From assembly GCF_000009045.1 (NCBI RefSeq), contig NC_000964.3, positions 2,480,001 through 2,544,000 on the forward strand: DNA of 64,000 nt, in the 5' to 3' direction. The stretch comes from Bacillus subtilis subsp. subtilis str. 168 (GTDB lineage: Bacteria > Bacillota > Bacilli > Bacillales > Bacillaceae). A program made the translations under genes and the position numbers. This document shows, one piece after another, positions 1 to 8,937 of this stretch. The first letter of the stretch is position 1; each line of letters opens with the position of its first letter. The notes beneath the pieces were generated by a model, which was given only the letters and a program-made list of their open reading frames with translations, did no database searches and had not been told where the DNA came from.

Positions 1-625
1 TGAATACTTTGTGCGCGGACAATATCATGCTGGTGAAATTGACGGTGTACCGGTTCCTGCTTATACAGATGAAGATAATGTCGCTCCTGACTCCAATACA
101 GAAACCTTTGTTGCCGGCAAGCTCTTGATCGACAACTTCAGATGGGCTGGTGTTCCATTCTACATCAGAACCGGAAAACGAATGAAAGAAAAGTCCACAA
201 AAATTGTCGTTCAATTTAAGGACATTCCGATGAACCTGTACTACGGTAATGAAAACAACATGAATCCGAACTTGCTTGTCATTCATATTCAGCCTGACGA
301 AGGCATTACGCTTTACTTAAATGCTAAAAAGCTTGGCGGAGCAGCACACGCACAGCCAATCAAACTCGATTATTGCAGCAATTGCAATGACGAGTTGAAC
401 ACCCCTGAAGCATATGAAAAACTAATTCACGACTGTCTTCTTGGCGATGCAACAAACTTTGCACACTGGGATGAAGTTGCCCTTTCTTGGAGCTTTGTCG
501 ACTCTATTTCTGAAACATGGGCAGCAAACAAAACCTTATCTCCTAACTACGAATCAGGCTCAATGGGACCGAAAGAATCTGATGATCTTTTGGTGAAAGA
601 CGGCTTACACTGGTGGAACATATAA
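1..625 (+). CDS. zwf: Glucose-6-phosphate 1-dehydrogenase, 3' part (start lies upstream of the window)
   Basis: C-terminal G6PD motifs RWAGVPFYIRTGKR and PEAYEKLI; stop at 625. Confidence 0.95.
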   Translation, partial: EYFVRGQYHAGEIDGVPVPAYTDEDNVAPDSNTETFVAGKLLIDNFRWAGVPFYIRTGKRMKEKSTKIVVQFKDIPMNLYYGNENNMNPNLLVIHIQPDEGITLYLNAKKLGGAAHAQPIKLDYCSNCNDELNTPEAYEKLIHDCLLGDATNFAHWDEVALSWSFVDSISETWAANKTLSPNYESGSMGPKESDDLLVKDGLHWWNI

Positions 626-632
626 TAAGAAG

Positions 633-674
633 AAAAAAGCCGAAATAGTTTACTAAGCATTTTCGGTCTTTTTT
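633..674 (+). terminator. Intrinsic terminator after zwf
   Basis: gccgaaa...tttcggt stem followed by a T-run. Confidence 0.6.
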
Positions 675-709
675 ACGCTGAACAAAGGTATAACAATCTC
701 CTTAATAAC

Positions 710-743
710 AAAACCCCCAAAGCTTAAGAGCTTCGGGGGTTTC
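710..743 (-). terminator. Intrinsic terminator after gndA
   Basis: aaaccccc/gggggttt stem with inner aagct/agctt, directly after the gndA stop. Confidence 0.7.
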
Positions 744-749
744 TATTGA

Positions 750-2159
750 TTACTTCATCCATTCAGTATGGAAGATGCCTTCTTTGTCAGTACGCTCATA
801 AGTATGAGCGCCAAAGTAGTCGCGCTGTGCTTGGATTAAGTTTGCAGGCAGTACGGCTGTGCGGTAGCTGTCATAGTAGGCTAATGCGCTTGAGAATGAT
901 GGCACCGGCACACCTTGGGCAACTGCAAGTGAAATCACTTGGCGAAGCGCTCCTTGATAGCTTTCTACAATATTCTTGAAATAGCTGTCAAGAAGCAGGT
1001 TGTCAAGCTCAGGCTCGCGATCGTAAGCTTCTTTGATCTTCTGAAGGAATGCCGCGCGAATGATGCAACCACCGCGGAAGATCATAGCGATTTCACCATA
1101 TTTCAGATCCCAGTTGTATTCTTCAGAAGCAGCTTTCATTTGGGCAAATCCTTGCGCGTATGAACAGATTTTACTCATGAACAACGCTTTTCTGACCGCT
1201 TCAATCAGCTCTTCTTTATTTTCTGTAACAGGCTTCACTTCTGGTCCTGAAAGAAGTCCGCTCGCTTTTACACGCTCTTCCTTCATAGCTGAGATAAAGC
1301 GTGCGAATACAGATTCAGTAATAATCGGAAGCGGAACGCCTAAGTCAAGTGCGCTTTGGCTTGTCCATTTTCCTGTTCCTTTTTGGCCTGCTTTATCAAG
1401 AATCACATCAACAAGCGGTTTGCCTGTTTCTTCGTCTTTTTTTGTGAAGATGTCAGCCGTAATCTCAATCAGGTAGCTATCAAGCTCACCTTTATTCCAT
1501 TCAGCGAAAACTTCATGAAGCTCATCAGCAGAAAGGCCCAGCACCTGTTTCAGAATGAAATATGATTCAGAGATCAGCTGCATATCTCCGTATTCAATTC
1601 CGTTGTGCACCATTTTTACGTAATGGCCGGCGCCGTCCGGACCGATATATGTCGTACAAGGTTCTCCGTCAACTTTTGCAGAAATGGCTTCAAGAATCGG
1701 TTTTACAAGCTCATGTGCTTCTTTTTGTCCGCCAGGCATGATAGAAGGTCCTTTAAGCGCTCCTTCTTCTCCGCCGGAAACGCCTGTTCCGATAAAATGA
1801 ATGCCGCTTTCAGCGAGTTCTTTGTTACGGCGCTGTGTATCTTTATAGTATGTATTACCGCCGTCAATTAAAATATCATCCTTCTCTAGATGAGGAAGAA
1901 GAGATTGAATTGTCGCATCTGTTGCAGTTCCCGCTTTAACCATTAATAAGATTTTGCGCGGTGTTTCCAAGGATTGGACAAATTCTTCAATGCTGTAAGT
2001 GCCAACAACATTTTTTCCTTTTGCCTCCTGTAAAAACTCCTCAGTTTTACTGCTTGATCTGTTGTAAACAGAAACAGAAAATCCCCGGCTTTCGATATTT
2101 AAAGCCAGATTTTTACCCATGACCGCAAGTCCGATAACGCCGATTTGTTGTTTTGACAT
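750..2159 (-). CDS. gndA: NADP-dependent 6-phosphogluconate dehydrogenase (469 aa)
   Basis: GLAVMG Rossmann motif, [26 protein letters not shown]; SD agaaggga. Confidence 0.97.
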   Translation of the reverse strand: MSKQQIGVIGLAVMGKNLALNIESRGFSVSVYNRSSSKTEEFLQEAKGKNVVGTYSIEEFVQSLETPRKILLMVKAGTATDATIQSLLPHLEKDDILIDGGNTYYKDTQRRNKELAESGIHFIGTGVSGGEEGALKGPSIMPGGQKEAHELVKPILEAISAKVDGEPCTTYIGPDGAGHYVKMVHNGIEYGDMQLISESYFILKQVLGLSADELHEVFAEWNKGELDSYLIEITADIFTKKDEETGKPLVDVILDKAGQKGTGKWTSQSALDLGVPLPIITESVFARFISAMKEERVKASGLLSGPEVKPVTENKEELIEAVRKALFMSKICSYAQGFAQMKAASEEYNWDLKYGEIAMIFRGGCIIRAAFLQKIKEAYDREPELDNLLLDSYFKNIVESYQGALRQVISLAVAQGVPVPSFSSALAYYDSYRTAVLPANLIQAQRDYFGAHTYERTDKEGIFHTEWMK

Positions 2160-2233
2160 ATTCTAACGTCCCTTCTGCAAACGTTTAATCATTTTAAAAT
2201 TTAAATTAAAATAAAATGATATTTATAATAAAG

Positions 2234-2263
2234 AAATTACCATACATTCACCCTTTTTTTCAA
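2234..2263 (-). promoter_or_regulatory. Putative SigA promoter of gndA
   Basis: TTGAAA-18-TAATTT with an extended -10 TG on the minus strand. Confidence 0.45.
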
Positions 2264-2268
2264 GCGAT

Positions 2269-3513
2269 TCAGCTTTTCTTTTCATCTTGAAAAAAATCTT
2301 TATTAAAGCTTGTTCCCTTTGTTTTGCTCTCCTCTTTTTTTAACGTTGCCCCTTTTCTGATCAGTTTGGTACCGTACTTTTTATTCAGCTTTTCCATCAT
2401 CTGCTGAATGGGCTCATCCTTCGCATCTTCATTAAAGCTGAACAAATCGAGCTGTTTATAGGCCTGCTCTTTTTCTACTAAATCCGTTCCGGTAATGCCA
2501 AGCAGCCTGACAGGATTTTTATTCCAATGTTTAAAAAAGAGGTGCTCCGCTTCTTTCAAAATGTCATTTTTTTGATCAATCGGGTTTCTCAGCGTAGTGC
2601 TTCTTGTGATGGTTCTCCAATCCGCATATCTAATCATAATAAAAAGCTTCGAAGCCATGACTTCCTTGCGCTGTAAACGGTCACTCACAGAAGCGGCAAG
2701 CTTTCTAAAAACGCCTAACAGCTCTTCTTCATCACTGGAATCATGGGAAAGTGTCGATGAGTTGCCGACGCTTTTAAATTCGTAAATGCGCTCCGGGTCA
2801 ACCGGCGCATGGTGAATGCCATTTGCTTTATTTTTAAGGCGCGGACCGTTGATGCCAAGCAGGCGCTTCAGCGAGTGTTCATCAGCTGCAGCTAGCTCTC
2901 CGATTGTATGGATGCCGAGTCCCTTCAGTTTTTCCGCTGTCTTTTTGCCGACTCCGTGCATCTCTCCAACAGGAAGCGGCCACAGGATATCGGGCACTTG
3001 CCTCTTTCTTAAGATCGTAATTCCAAGCGGTTTTTTCATATCAGACGCCATCTTAGCGAGAAATTTATTCGGTGCAATCCCTATGCTTGACGGGAGCAGC
3101 AGCTCTTTTTGCAGCCTGCTTTGGATTTCTTTTGCCGTCTCTAGAGCGCGGCTGCTGTATGGTGTATCGGTCATGTCCATATAGCCTTCGTCGATGGAGA
3201 CAGGCTCCACTAGGTCAGTATATTCACGAAGAATGGTAAACATCGCTCGTGAAGAGTTTCTATAGCGGTCAAAGTTCGGCGGAAGAACGATGAGCTCAGG
3301 ACAATGGCGCTTCGCTTGCCAAACCGGCATCGTTGTTTTGACGCCGCGCGCTCTTGCTTCGTAGCTGCATGTTACCACAATGCCCTTTCGCTCCTTTACG
3401 TTTCCGGCAACTGCGACCGGCTTTCCCCGGAGAGCCGGATCATATGCCATTTCAACCGACGCATAAAAGCTATTCATATCAATATGGAAAATAATTCGGC
3501 TCTTTCCCGGCAT
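2269..3513 (-). CDS. polYA: Y-family DNA polymerase (DinB/Pol IV-like, PolY1), 414 aa
   Basis: HIDMNSFYASVE and SIDEGY motifs; C-terminal QLDLF clamp motif; start moved to ATG 3513 behind SD aaaaggaga. Confidence 0.95.
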   Translation of the reverse strand: MPGKSRIIFHIDMNSFYASVEMAYDPALRGKPVAVAGNVKERKGIVVTCSYEARARGVKTTMPVWQAKRHCPELIVLPPNFDRYRNSSRAMFTILREYTDLVEPVSIDEGYMDMTDTPYSSRALETAKEIQSRLQKELLLPSSIGIAPNKFLAKMASDMKKPLGITILRKRQVPDILWPLPVGEMHGVGKKTAEKLKGLGIHTIGELAAADEHSLKRLLGINGPRLKNKANGIHHAPVDPERIYEFKSVGNSSTLSHDSSDEEELLGVFRKLAASVSDRLQRKEVMASKLFIMIRYADWRTITRSTTLRNPIDQKNDILKEAEHLFFKHWNKNPVRLLGITGTDLVEKEQAYKQLDLFSFNEDAKDEPIQQMMEKLNKKYGTKLIRKGATLKKEESKTKGTSFNKDFFQDEKKS

Positions 3514-3536
3514 AAACAAATCTCCTTTTCGGTCAT

Positions 3537-3565
3537 TAGACAACAGCTTGTACATATAGTAAAAT
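3537..3565 (+). promoter_or_regulatory. Putative SigA promoter of mifM-yidC2
   Basis: TAGACA-17-TAAAAT. Confidence 0.55.
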
Positions 3566-3585
3566 GAAGCTATTGAATGGATGTG

Positions 3586-3873
3586 ATGACAATGTTTGTG
3601 GAATCGATAAATGACGTTTTATTCTTAGTCGATTTTTTCACAATTATTCTTCCTGCTCTAACGGCAATCGGGATTGCATTCCTCTTACGGGAGTGCCGTG
3701 CGGGCGAGCAATGGAAATCAAAACGAACAGATGAACATCAGACGGTCTTTCACATTAACCGAACAGACTTTCTTATTATTATATATCATCGCATTACAAC
3801 TTGGATACGTAAAGTCTTCCGCATGAATTCGCCTGTGAACGATGAGGAAGACGCCGGTTCTCTTCTTTTATAA
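3586..3873 (+). CDS. mifM: MifM ribosome arrest peptide, membrane-insertion monitor (95 aa)
   Basis: N-terminal TM segment and C-terminal arrest sequence RITTWIRKVFRMNSPVNDEEDAGSLLL, directly upstream of yidC2. Confidence 0.95.
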   Translation: MTMFVESINDVLFLVDFFTIILPALTAIGIAFLLRECRAGEQWKSKRTDEHQTVFHINRTDFLIIIYHRITTWIRKVFRMNSPVNDEEDAGSLLL

Positions 3874-3899
3874 ACCGCATTTATAAAAAGGAGGAGAAC
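3857..3899 (+). promoter_or_regulatory. mRNA hairpin sequestering the yidC2 SD
   Basis: gttctcttcttttataaa (3857-3874) pairs with tttataaaaaggaggagaac (3880-3899), which contains the SD. Confidence 0.85.
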
Positions 3900-3903
3900 A
3901 AAA

Positions 3904-4731
3904 TTGTTAAAAACATATCAAAAACTTTTGGCTATGGGTATCTTTTTGATCGTATTATGCTCGGGCAATGCTGCATTTGCAGCGACTAATCAGGTGGGAG
4001 GCCTCAGCAACGTAGGTTTTTTCCACGATTATTTAATCGAACCGTTTTCCGCTCTGCTTAAGGGTGTTGCCGGGCTGTTTCACGGAGAATACGGACTCTC
4101 TATTATCCTCGTAACCATTATTGTGCGTATAGTTGTATTGCCTTTGTTTGTCAATCAGTTCAAAAAACAGCGCATCTTCCAAGAGAAAATGGCCGTTATT
4201 AAACCTCAGGTTGACAGTATCCAGGTTAAGTTGAAAAAGACGAAGGACCCGGAAAAGCAAAAAGAGCTGCAAATGGAAATGATGAAGCTGTATCAGGAGC
4301 ATAATATCAACCCGCTTGCGATGGGCTGTCTTCCAATGCTGATTCAGTCTCCGATTATGATTGGGCTTTATTACGCGATTCGCTCAACACCTGAAATTGC
4401 GTCACACTCGTTTCTATGGTTCAGTTTAGGGCAATCTGATATTCTCATGTCCCTTAGTGCAGGGATTATGTATTTTGTCCAAGCCTATATCGCTCAAAAA
4501 CTGAGCGCGAAATATTCCGCTGTCCCGCAAAACCCTGCAGCGCAGCAATCCGCAAAATTGATGGTGTTCATCTTCCCTGTGATGATGACGATTTTCTCGC
4601 TTAATGTGCCGGCAGCCCTTCCGCTGTACTGGTTTACAAGCGGACTGTTTTTGACAGTGCAAAACATCGTCCTTCAGATGACGCATCATAAAAGTAAAAA
4701 AACAGCCGCTCTTACTGAGTCGGTGAAATAA
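3904..4731 (+). CDS. yidC2: Membrane protein insertase YidC2 (275 aa, TTG start)
   Basis: YidC/Oxa1 motifs IIVRIVVLPL, GCLPMLIQSPI, LYWFTSGLF. Confidence 0.95.
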   Translation: MLKTYQKLLAMGIFLIVLCSGNAAFAATNQVGGLSNVGFFHDYLIEPFSALLKGVAGLFHGEYGLSIILVTIIVRIVVLPLFVNQFKKQRIFQEKMAVIKPQVDSIQVKLKKTKDPEKQKELQMEMMKLYQEHNINPLAMGCLPMLIQSPIMIGLYYAIRSTPEIASHSFLWFSLGQSDILMSLSAGIMYFVQAYIAQKLSAKYSAVPQNPAAQQSAKLMVFIFPVMMTIFSLNVPAALPLYWFTSGLFLTVQNIVLQMTHHKSKKTAALTESVK

Positions 4732-4770
4732 AAAAGCAACCCCGTGCAAAAAGCCGGGGTTGTTTTTTGT
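4731..4770 (+). terminator. Intrinsic terminator after yidC2
   Basis: caacccc/ggggttg stem followed by tttttt. Confidence 0.75.
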
Positions 4771-4849
4771 TACTTGCAAAGTACCGCGCCAAACAGTCTT
4801 GTTTATCATGGCTGAAGCAGAAATGGCCATCCTAAAAAATAGCCGTATC

Positions 4850-4874
4850 GTTTAAAAAGAAGGAAATCGGGAAT
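4850..4874 (+). promoter_or_regulatory. SigB-type promoter upstream of yqjF
   Basis: GTTTAA-13-GGGAAT, a match to the SigB consensus. Confidence 0.7.
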
Positions 4875-4910
4875 ACCTTTACTCACCTCCAACCGAAAGG
4901 AGCCTATACG

Positions 4911-5639
4911 TTGACGGAACGCTTTCAGCAAAAAAATATTTCTGTACCTGATGGAATCTGGATCATGAGACAAACCTGGAATGATGTCTTATTTGCTCAC
5001 TGGCCTGTTGATGTTTCTATCCTTCGCGCTTTGGTACCGTCCGTTTTAGAATTAGATACATATAACGGGCAAGCTTGGATCAGCATGCTTCCCTTTATGC
5101 TCACGAACCTGAGGGCGCGTTATCTCCCTGTCATTCCCGGTGCGCGTGCATTTCCTGAGCTTAACCTCCGCACCTATGTCACGTATAAAGGCAAGCCCGG
5201 CATTTATTTTTTTAGCTTAGATGCCGATCATCGTCTGGCGGTCCTTGGCGCTCGCACATTCTTTCATCTGCCTTATTTTTACGCGGATATGAAGTCCGAA
5301 AAAAACGGTGATGCCATTGACTATGTCAGCAAGCGGAAAAATGACAAAGAAGCAGCATTCCACGCCGCATACCGGCCAATTTCAGCGCCTTTTACAGCAG
5401 AAAAGGATTCGCTCGATTACTGGCTGACAGAACGATACAGGCTCTACACCACTTATCGCAATAAGCTCTATTACGAAGACATCCATCATCATCCGTGGCT
5501 GCTGCAAAACGCCGAAGCAGAAATTTCAGTCAATACGGTGACTGATGCTCACGGTATTACATTGCCGGAGTCAGACCCCTTGCTTCATTATGCTAAAAAA
5601 CAGGATGTGTTATTTTGGCCGCTTAGGAAATGGAGCTAA
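4911..5639 (+). CDS. yqjF: YqjF, DUF2071-like protein of unknown function (242 aa, TTG start)
   Basis: QTWNDVLFAHW and ELNLRTYV motifs; SD aaaggag. Confidence 0.85.
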   Translation: MTERFQQKNISVPDGIWIMRQTWNDVLFAHWPVDVSILRALVPSVLELDTYNGQAWISMLPFMLTNLRARYLPVIPGARAFPELNLRTYVTYKGKPGIYFFSLDADHRLAVLGARTFFHLPYFYADMKSEKNGDAIDYVSKRKNDKEAAFHAAYRPISAPFTAEKDSLDYWLTERYRLYTTYRNKLYYEDIHHHPWLLQNAEAEISVNTVTDAHGITLPESDPLLHYAKKQDVLFWPLRKWS

Positions 5640-5682
5640 AAAAACCCGATGCGGGAAATCGCACTCGGGTTTTCTTTTTTTA
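5638..5682. terminator. Bidirectional terminator between yqjF and yqjE
   Basis: aaaaaaacccga...tcgggttttt, flanked by A- and T-runs. Confidence 0.75.
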
Positions 5683-6795
5683 TTTTGCCGCCTCTTCAAT
5701 AATGGCAACAACCATTTCTGCCGTTTTAACGAGCTCTTCGATCGGCATTTTTTCATTTTTTGTATGGATTTGCTCATAACCGACAGCAAGATTGACCGTC
5801 GGGATGCCATGACCAGCGATTACGTTCGCGTCGCTTCCGCCGCCGCTCGTTTGCAGCTCGCTTGGACGTCCGATTTTAGCAGCCGCTTTTTTCGCGATTT
5901 CAACAACTTGGTCGCCGTCTTGATATTTAAAGCCCGGATACATAACCTCAATTTCGACTTCTGCGCGTCCGCCCATATCAGCAGCTGCCTCTTCAAAAGC
6001 AGCTTTCATTTTTTGAACCTGAGCTTCCATTTTCTCAGGAACTAAAGAGCGCGCTTCAGCAAGAATATGAACTTCGTCGCACACAATGTTTGTTTGTGTG
6101 CCGCCTTCAAACCGGCCGATATTAGCTGTTGTTTCTTCATCGATACGGCCCAATGGCATTTTTGAGATGGCTTTGCTAGCGATTGTAATCGCTGAAATGC
6201 CTTTTTCAGGTTCAACCCCGGCGTGAGCGGTTTTCCCGAAAATTGCCGCTCTTACCTTCGCCTGTGTCGGCGCGGCCACAATGATATTTCCGACTTTTCC
6301 GTCTGAATCAAGAGCATAGCCGTAGGATGCAGTGATCATAGAACGGTCAAGCGCCTTCGCTCCGATCAGACCCGATTCTTCCCCTACTGTGATGATGAAT
6401 TCAATCGTGCCGTGTTCAATATTTTCTTCTTTCAGCACCTTAATCGCCTCAAACATTGCAGCCAATCCCGCTTTATCATCAGCACCTAAAATCGTCGTGC
6501 CGTCAGTTTTGACGTAACCGTTCTCTACAACTGGTTTTACGCCGTTTCCGGGTACAACTGTGTCCATATGAGATGTAAAATAGATCGTATCTGTTTGTTT
6601 TGTCCCTTTTAGCGTGCAAATCAGGTTACCGGCTCCGTGGCCCGTGATATCCATTGTATCGTCTTCTTTAACGTCCACACCTAAATCAGAAAATTTTCGT
6701 TTCAGCACTTTGCAGATTTCAGCTTCGTGCTTTGTTTCTGAGTCAATTTGGACAAGCTCTAAAAATTCTTCCAGCAGGCGTTTTTCATTCACCAT
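5680..6795 (-). CDS. yqjE: M20/M42-family peptidase T-like protein (371 aa)
   Basis: SHMDTV, GADDKAG, GEESG and GGGSDAN metal-binding motifs. Confidence 0.9.
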   Translation of the reverse strand: MVNEKRLLEEFLELVQIDSETKHEAEICKVLKRKFSDLGVDVKEDDTMDITGHGAGNLICTLKGTKQTDTIYFTSHMDTVVPGNGVKPVVENGYVKTDGTTILGADDKAGLAAMFEAIKVLKEENIEHGTIEFIITVGEESGLIGAKALDRSMITASYGYALDSDGKVGNIIVAAPTQAKVRAAIFGKTAHAGVEPEKGISAITIASKAISKMPLGRIDEETTANIGRFEGGTQTNIVCDEVHILAEARSLVPEKMEAQVQKMKAAFEEAAADMGGRAEVEIEVMYPGFKYQDGDQVVEIAKKAAAKIGRPSELQTSGGGSDANVIAGHGIPTVNLAVGYEQIHTKNEKMPIEELVKTAEMVVAIIEEAAK

Positions 6796-6812
6796 TTGTA
6801 AGTCCCTCCATA

Positions 6813-8342
6813 TTAAAGCGGTATGTTACCGTGCTTTTTTTTCGGTCTCTCTTCTGTCTTATGTGTAAGCATATGAAAAGCTTGAATCAGTCTTCCCCTT
6901 GATTCTTCCGGCAAAATGATGTCATCGACCATTCCACAAGCGGCCGCTTTGTATGGGCCGGCGTTTTGCTTTTTGTATTCAGCAGTTTTTTCGCGTTTCG
7001 TCTTTTGCGGGTCAGCTGAAGCTTTGATTTCCTTTTCATACAAAATCGATGCCGCACCTTCTGGACCCATCACTGCGATTTCAGCATTCGGCCATGCAAA
7101 CACAAGGTCCGCTCCGATCGCTTTGCTGTTCATGGCCACATAGGCGCCGCCGTACGCTTTTCTAATGATGAGTGTGACTTTTGGGACAGTCGCTTCAGCA
7201 TAAGCAAACAATAATTTTGCTCCATGCCTGATGATTCCGTTGTGCTCTTGCTGAATACCCGGCAGAAACCCCGGGACATCTTCGACAGTCAACAGCGGGA
7301 TATCAAATGCGTCACAAAAACGGATGAACCTTGCTGCTTTATCAGCAGCGTCAATCGTCAGGCTTCCCGCCAGATGCTTCGGCTGGCTCGCCACGATGCC
7401 GATTGCTTTTTCACCCAGCCTTGCAAACCCAATGACAATGTTCTTCGCAAAAAATGGCTGAATCTCAAAAAAAGACTGCGGGTCAGCCAGCTCCCTAATC
7501 ACCTTCCGAACATCATAAGGCTTTGTCGTATCAGCAGGGACAAGACGGTTTAATAACGGTCTGGACGCCTCTTTCTCTGGCTTCGGCTCTGTTGTCCGGC
7601 CATTCAGCGGCAAATAAGACAGTAGTTTTCTCACCCCTGTCAGAACCTCCTTCTCCGTATGCCCGGAAAAGTGGGCGTTTCCGCTGACGGCATTATGTAT
7701 CCCCGCTCCGCCTAAGCTCTCCGCATCAACCTGTTCCCCTGTCACTTTTTCAATCACCTTCGGGCCGGTAATAAACATCCGGCCAGTCTGTTCAGCCATA
7801 AATATAAAATCTGTGAGTGCCGGAGAATATACAGCGCCTCCAGCGCACGGCCCTAAAATAACCGATATTTGCGGAATGACTCCGGAATATAAGACGTTTC
7901 GGTAAAATATGTGACCGTATCCATCTAATGATAACACACCCTCTTGAATTCTCGCACCACCTGAGTCATTCAGCCCGATAATCGGCGCCTTATTTTTTGC
8001 TGCCAGATCCATCAAAGCGCAGATTTTCCTGGCATGGGTTTCGCCAAGCGCCCCTCCGTACACTGTGAAGTCTTGCGCAAATACATAAACTGAGCGACCG
8101 TCAATTGTGCCGTACCCTGTCACGACCCCATCCCCTAACATGCGCTGTTCTCTTGTTAACACTTGACTTTCCATGAAGGGGTGTAATTCGATAAAGCTGT
8201 CCTGATCTAGAAGAAATATGATCCTTTCCCGAGCAGTGAGCTTGCCCTTTTGCCGCTGCTGAGCCAGCTTTTCCCGTCCTCCGCCTTCTTCTGCCTGCTT
8301 GCGTTTCGTGTAAAAATGATCCATGTGCTCATTCATGCTCAT
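6813..8342 (-). CDS. yqjD: Acyl-CoA (propionyl-CoA-type) carboxylase carboxyltransferase subunit
   Basis: DSGGARIQEG, GPCAGGAVYSPALTD, RKAYGGAY; SD aaaggaga 8 nt before ATG 8342 (alternative start 8336). Confidence 0.9.
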   Translation of the reverse strand: MSMNEHMDHFYTKRKQAEEGGGREKLAQQRQKGKLTARERIIFLLDQDSFIELHPFMESQVLTREQRMLGDGVVTGYGTIDGRSVYVFAQDFTVYGGALGETHARKICALMDLAAKNKAPIIGLNDSGGARIQEGVLSLDGYGHIFYRNVLYSGVIPQISVILGPCAGGAVYSPALTDFIFMAEQTGRMFITGPKVIEKVTGEQVDAESLGGAGIHNAVSGNAHFSGHTEKEVLTGVRKLLSYLPLNGRTTEPKPEKEASRPLLNRLVPADTTKPYDVRKVIRELADPQSFFEIQPFFAKNIVIGFARLGEKAIGIVASQPKHLAGSLTIDAADKAARFIRFCDAFDIPLLTVEDVPGFLPGIQQEHNGIIRHGAKLLFAYAEATVPKVTLIIRKAYGGAYVAMNSKAIGADLVFAWPNAEIAVMGPEGAASILYEKEIKASADPQKTKREKTAEYKKQNAGPYKAAACGMVDDIILPEESRGRLIQAFHMLTHKTEERPKKKHGNIPL

Positions 8343-8751
8343 TGTGTTGGTCTCCTTTCGGTTCACAAAGCTCTACAAGAACACCGTTTGTTTCCCGAGG
8401 GGAAATAAACGCGATCTTTTTCCCGTTCGCTCCCTGTCTTGGAAACCTGTCAATCAATTGAACATGCTGATCAGACAATGCTTGAAGCTGTTCAGATAGG
8501 CAGTTGCACAAAAACGCAATATGATGCAGTCCCTGCCCTTTCTTCTCCAAAAATAAATGGACGGGGCTGTCAGCTGTCAACGGCTCTATCAGCTCAAGTT
8601 TGACGCTACCAGCTTGAAAAAAAGCAACATTCACCTTTTGCTCTTCAACCGTTTCTTGATGAAGAAATGCAAGCCCCAATACATTTTCATAAAAGCTTCT
8701 TGCATCTTTTATCGAAAAAACGGCTATCCCGATATGGTCAAGCCTGTTCAT
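8329..8751 (-). CDS. yqjC: Methylmalonyl-CoA epimerase-like VOC-fold protein (140 aa)
   Basis: LDHIGIAV, GLHHIAF and GVLVELCE motifs; overlaps the yqjD start. Confidence 0.85.
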   Translation of the reverse strand: MNRLDHIGIAVFSIKDARSFYENVLGLAFLHQETVEEQKVNVAFFQAGSVKLELIEPLTADSPVHLFLEKKGQGLHHIAFLCNCLSEQLQALSDQHVQLIDRFPRQGANGKKIAFISPRETNGVLVELCEPKGDQHNEHE

Positions 8752-8782
8752 TTTCATCCCTGCTTTCGCTAATAGATATCGC

Positions 8783-8811
8783 TTGTCCGCCCATTCAAAA
8801 CACGCTAAAAT
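8783..8811 (+). promoter_or_regulatory. Putative SigA promoter of the Prli42-like small ORF
   Basis: TTGTCC-17-TAAAAT. Confidence 0.5.
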
Positions 8812-8840
8812 ATAGACAGATTGTTTAAGGAGTGAAAATC

Positions 8841-8933
8841 ATGTCTCAAAAACTGATGAAAAGCGTTTTGATCGTGATTTTGGGAGTTTTTATTCTTTCA
8901 ACTGTACTCTCAGGAATCGTCATGTTTCTATAA
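8841..8933 (+). CDS. prli42: 30-aa membrane miniprotein, Prli42-like (MSQKLMKSVLIVILGVFILSTVLSGIVMFL)
   Basis: Hand-translated; SD aaggag at 8827-8832; basic N-terminus plus one TM helix; C-terminus resembles Listeria Prli42 as I recall it. Confidence 0.75.
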   Translation: MSQKLMKSVLIVILGVFILSTVLSGIVMFL

Positions 8934-8937
8934 CGAT

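Noticed and set aside
2176-2189. cre-like TGCAAACGTTTAAT next to the gndA SD
   Set aside because: It lacks the conserved terminal CA on this strand and the initial TG on the other, so it is likely chance in AT-rich DNA.
6815-6842. Plus-strand hairpin with a T-run at the end of yqjD (possible antisense terminator)
   Set aside because: The stem is only about 5-6 bp with a 3-nt loop and is explained by the codons for KKKHGNIPL.
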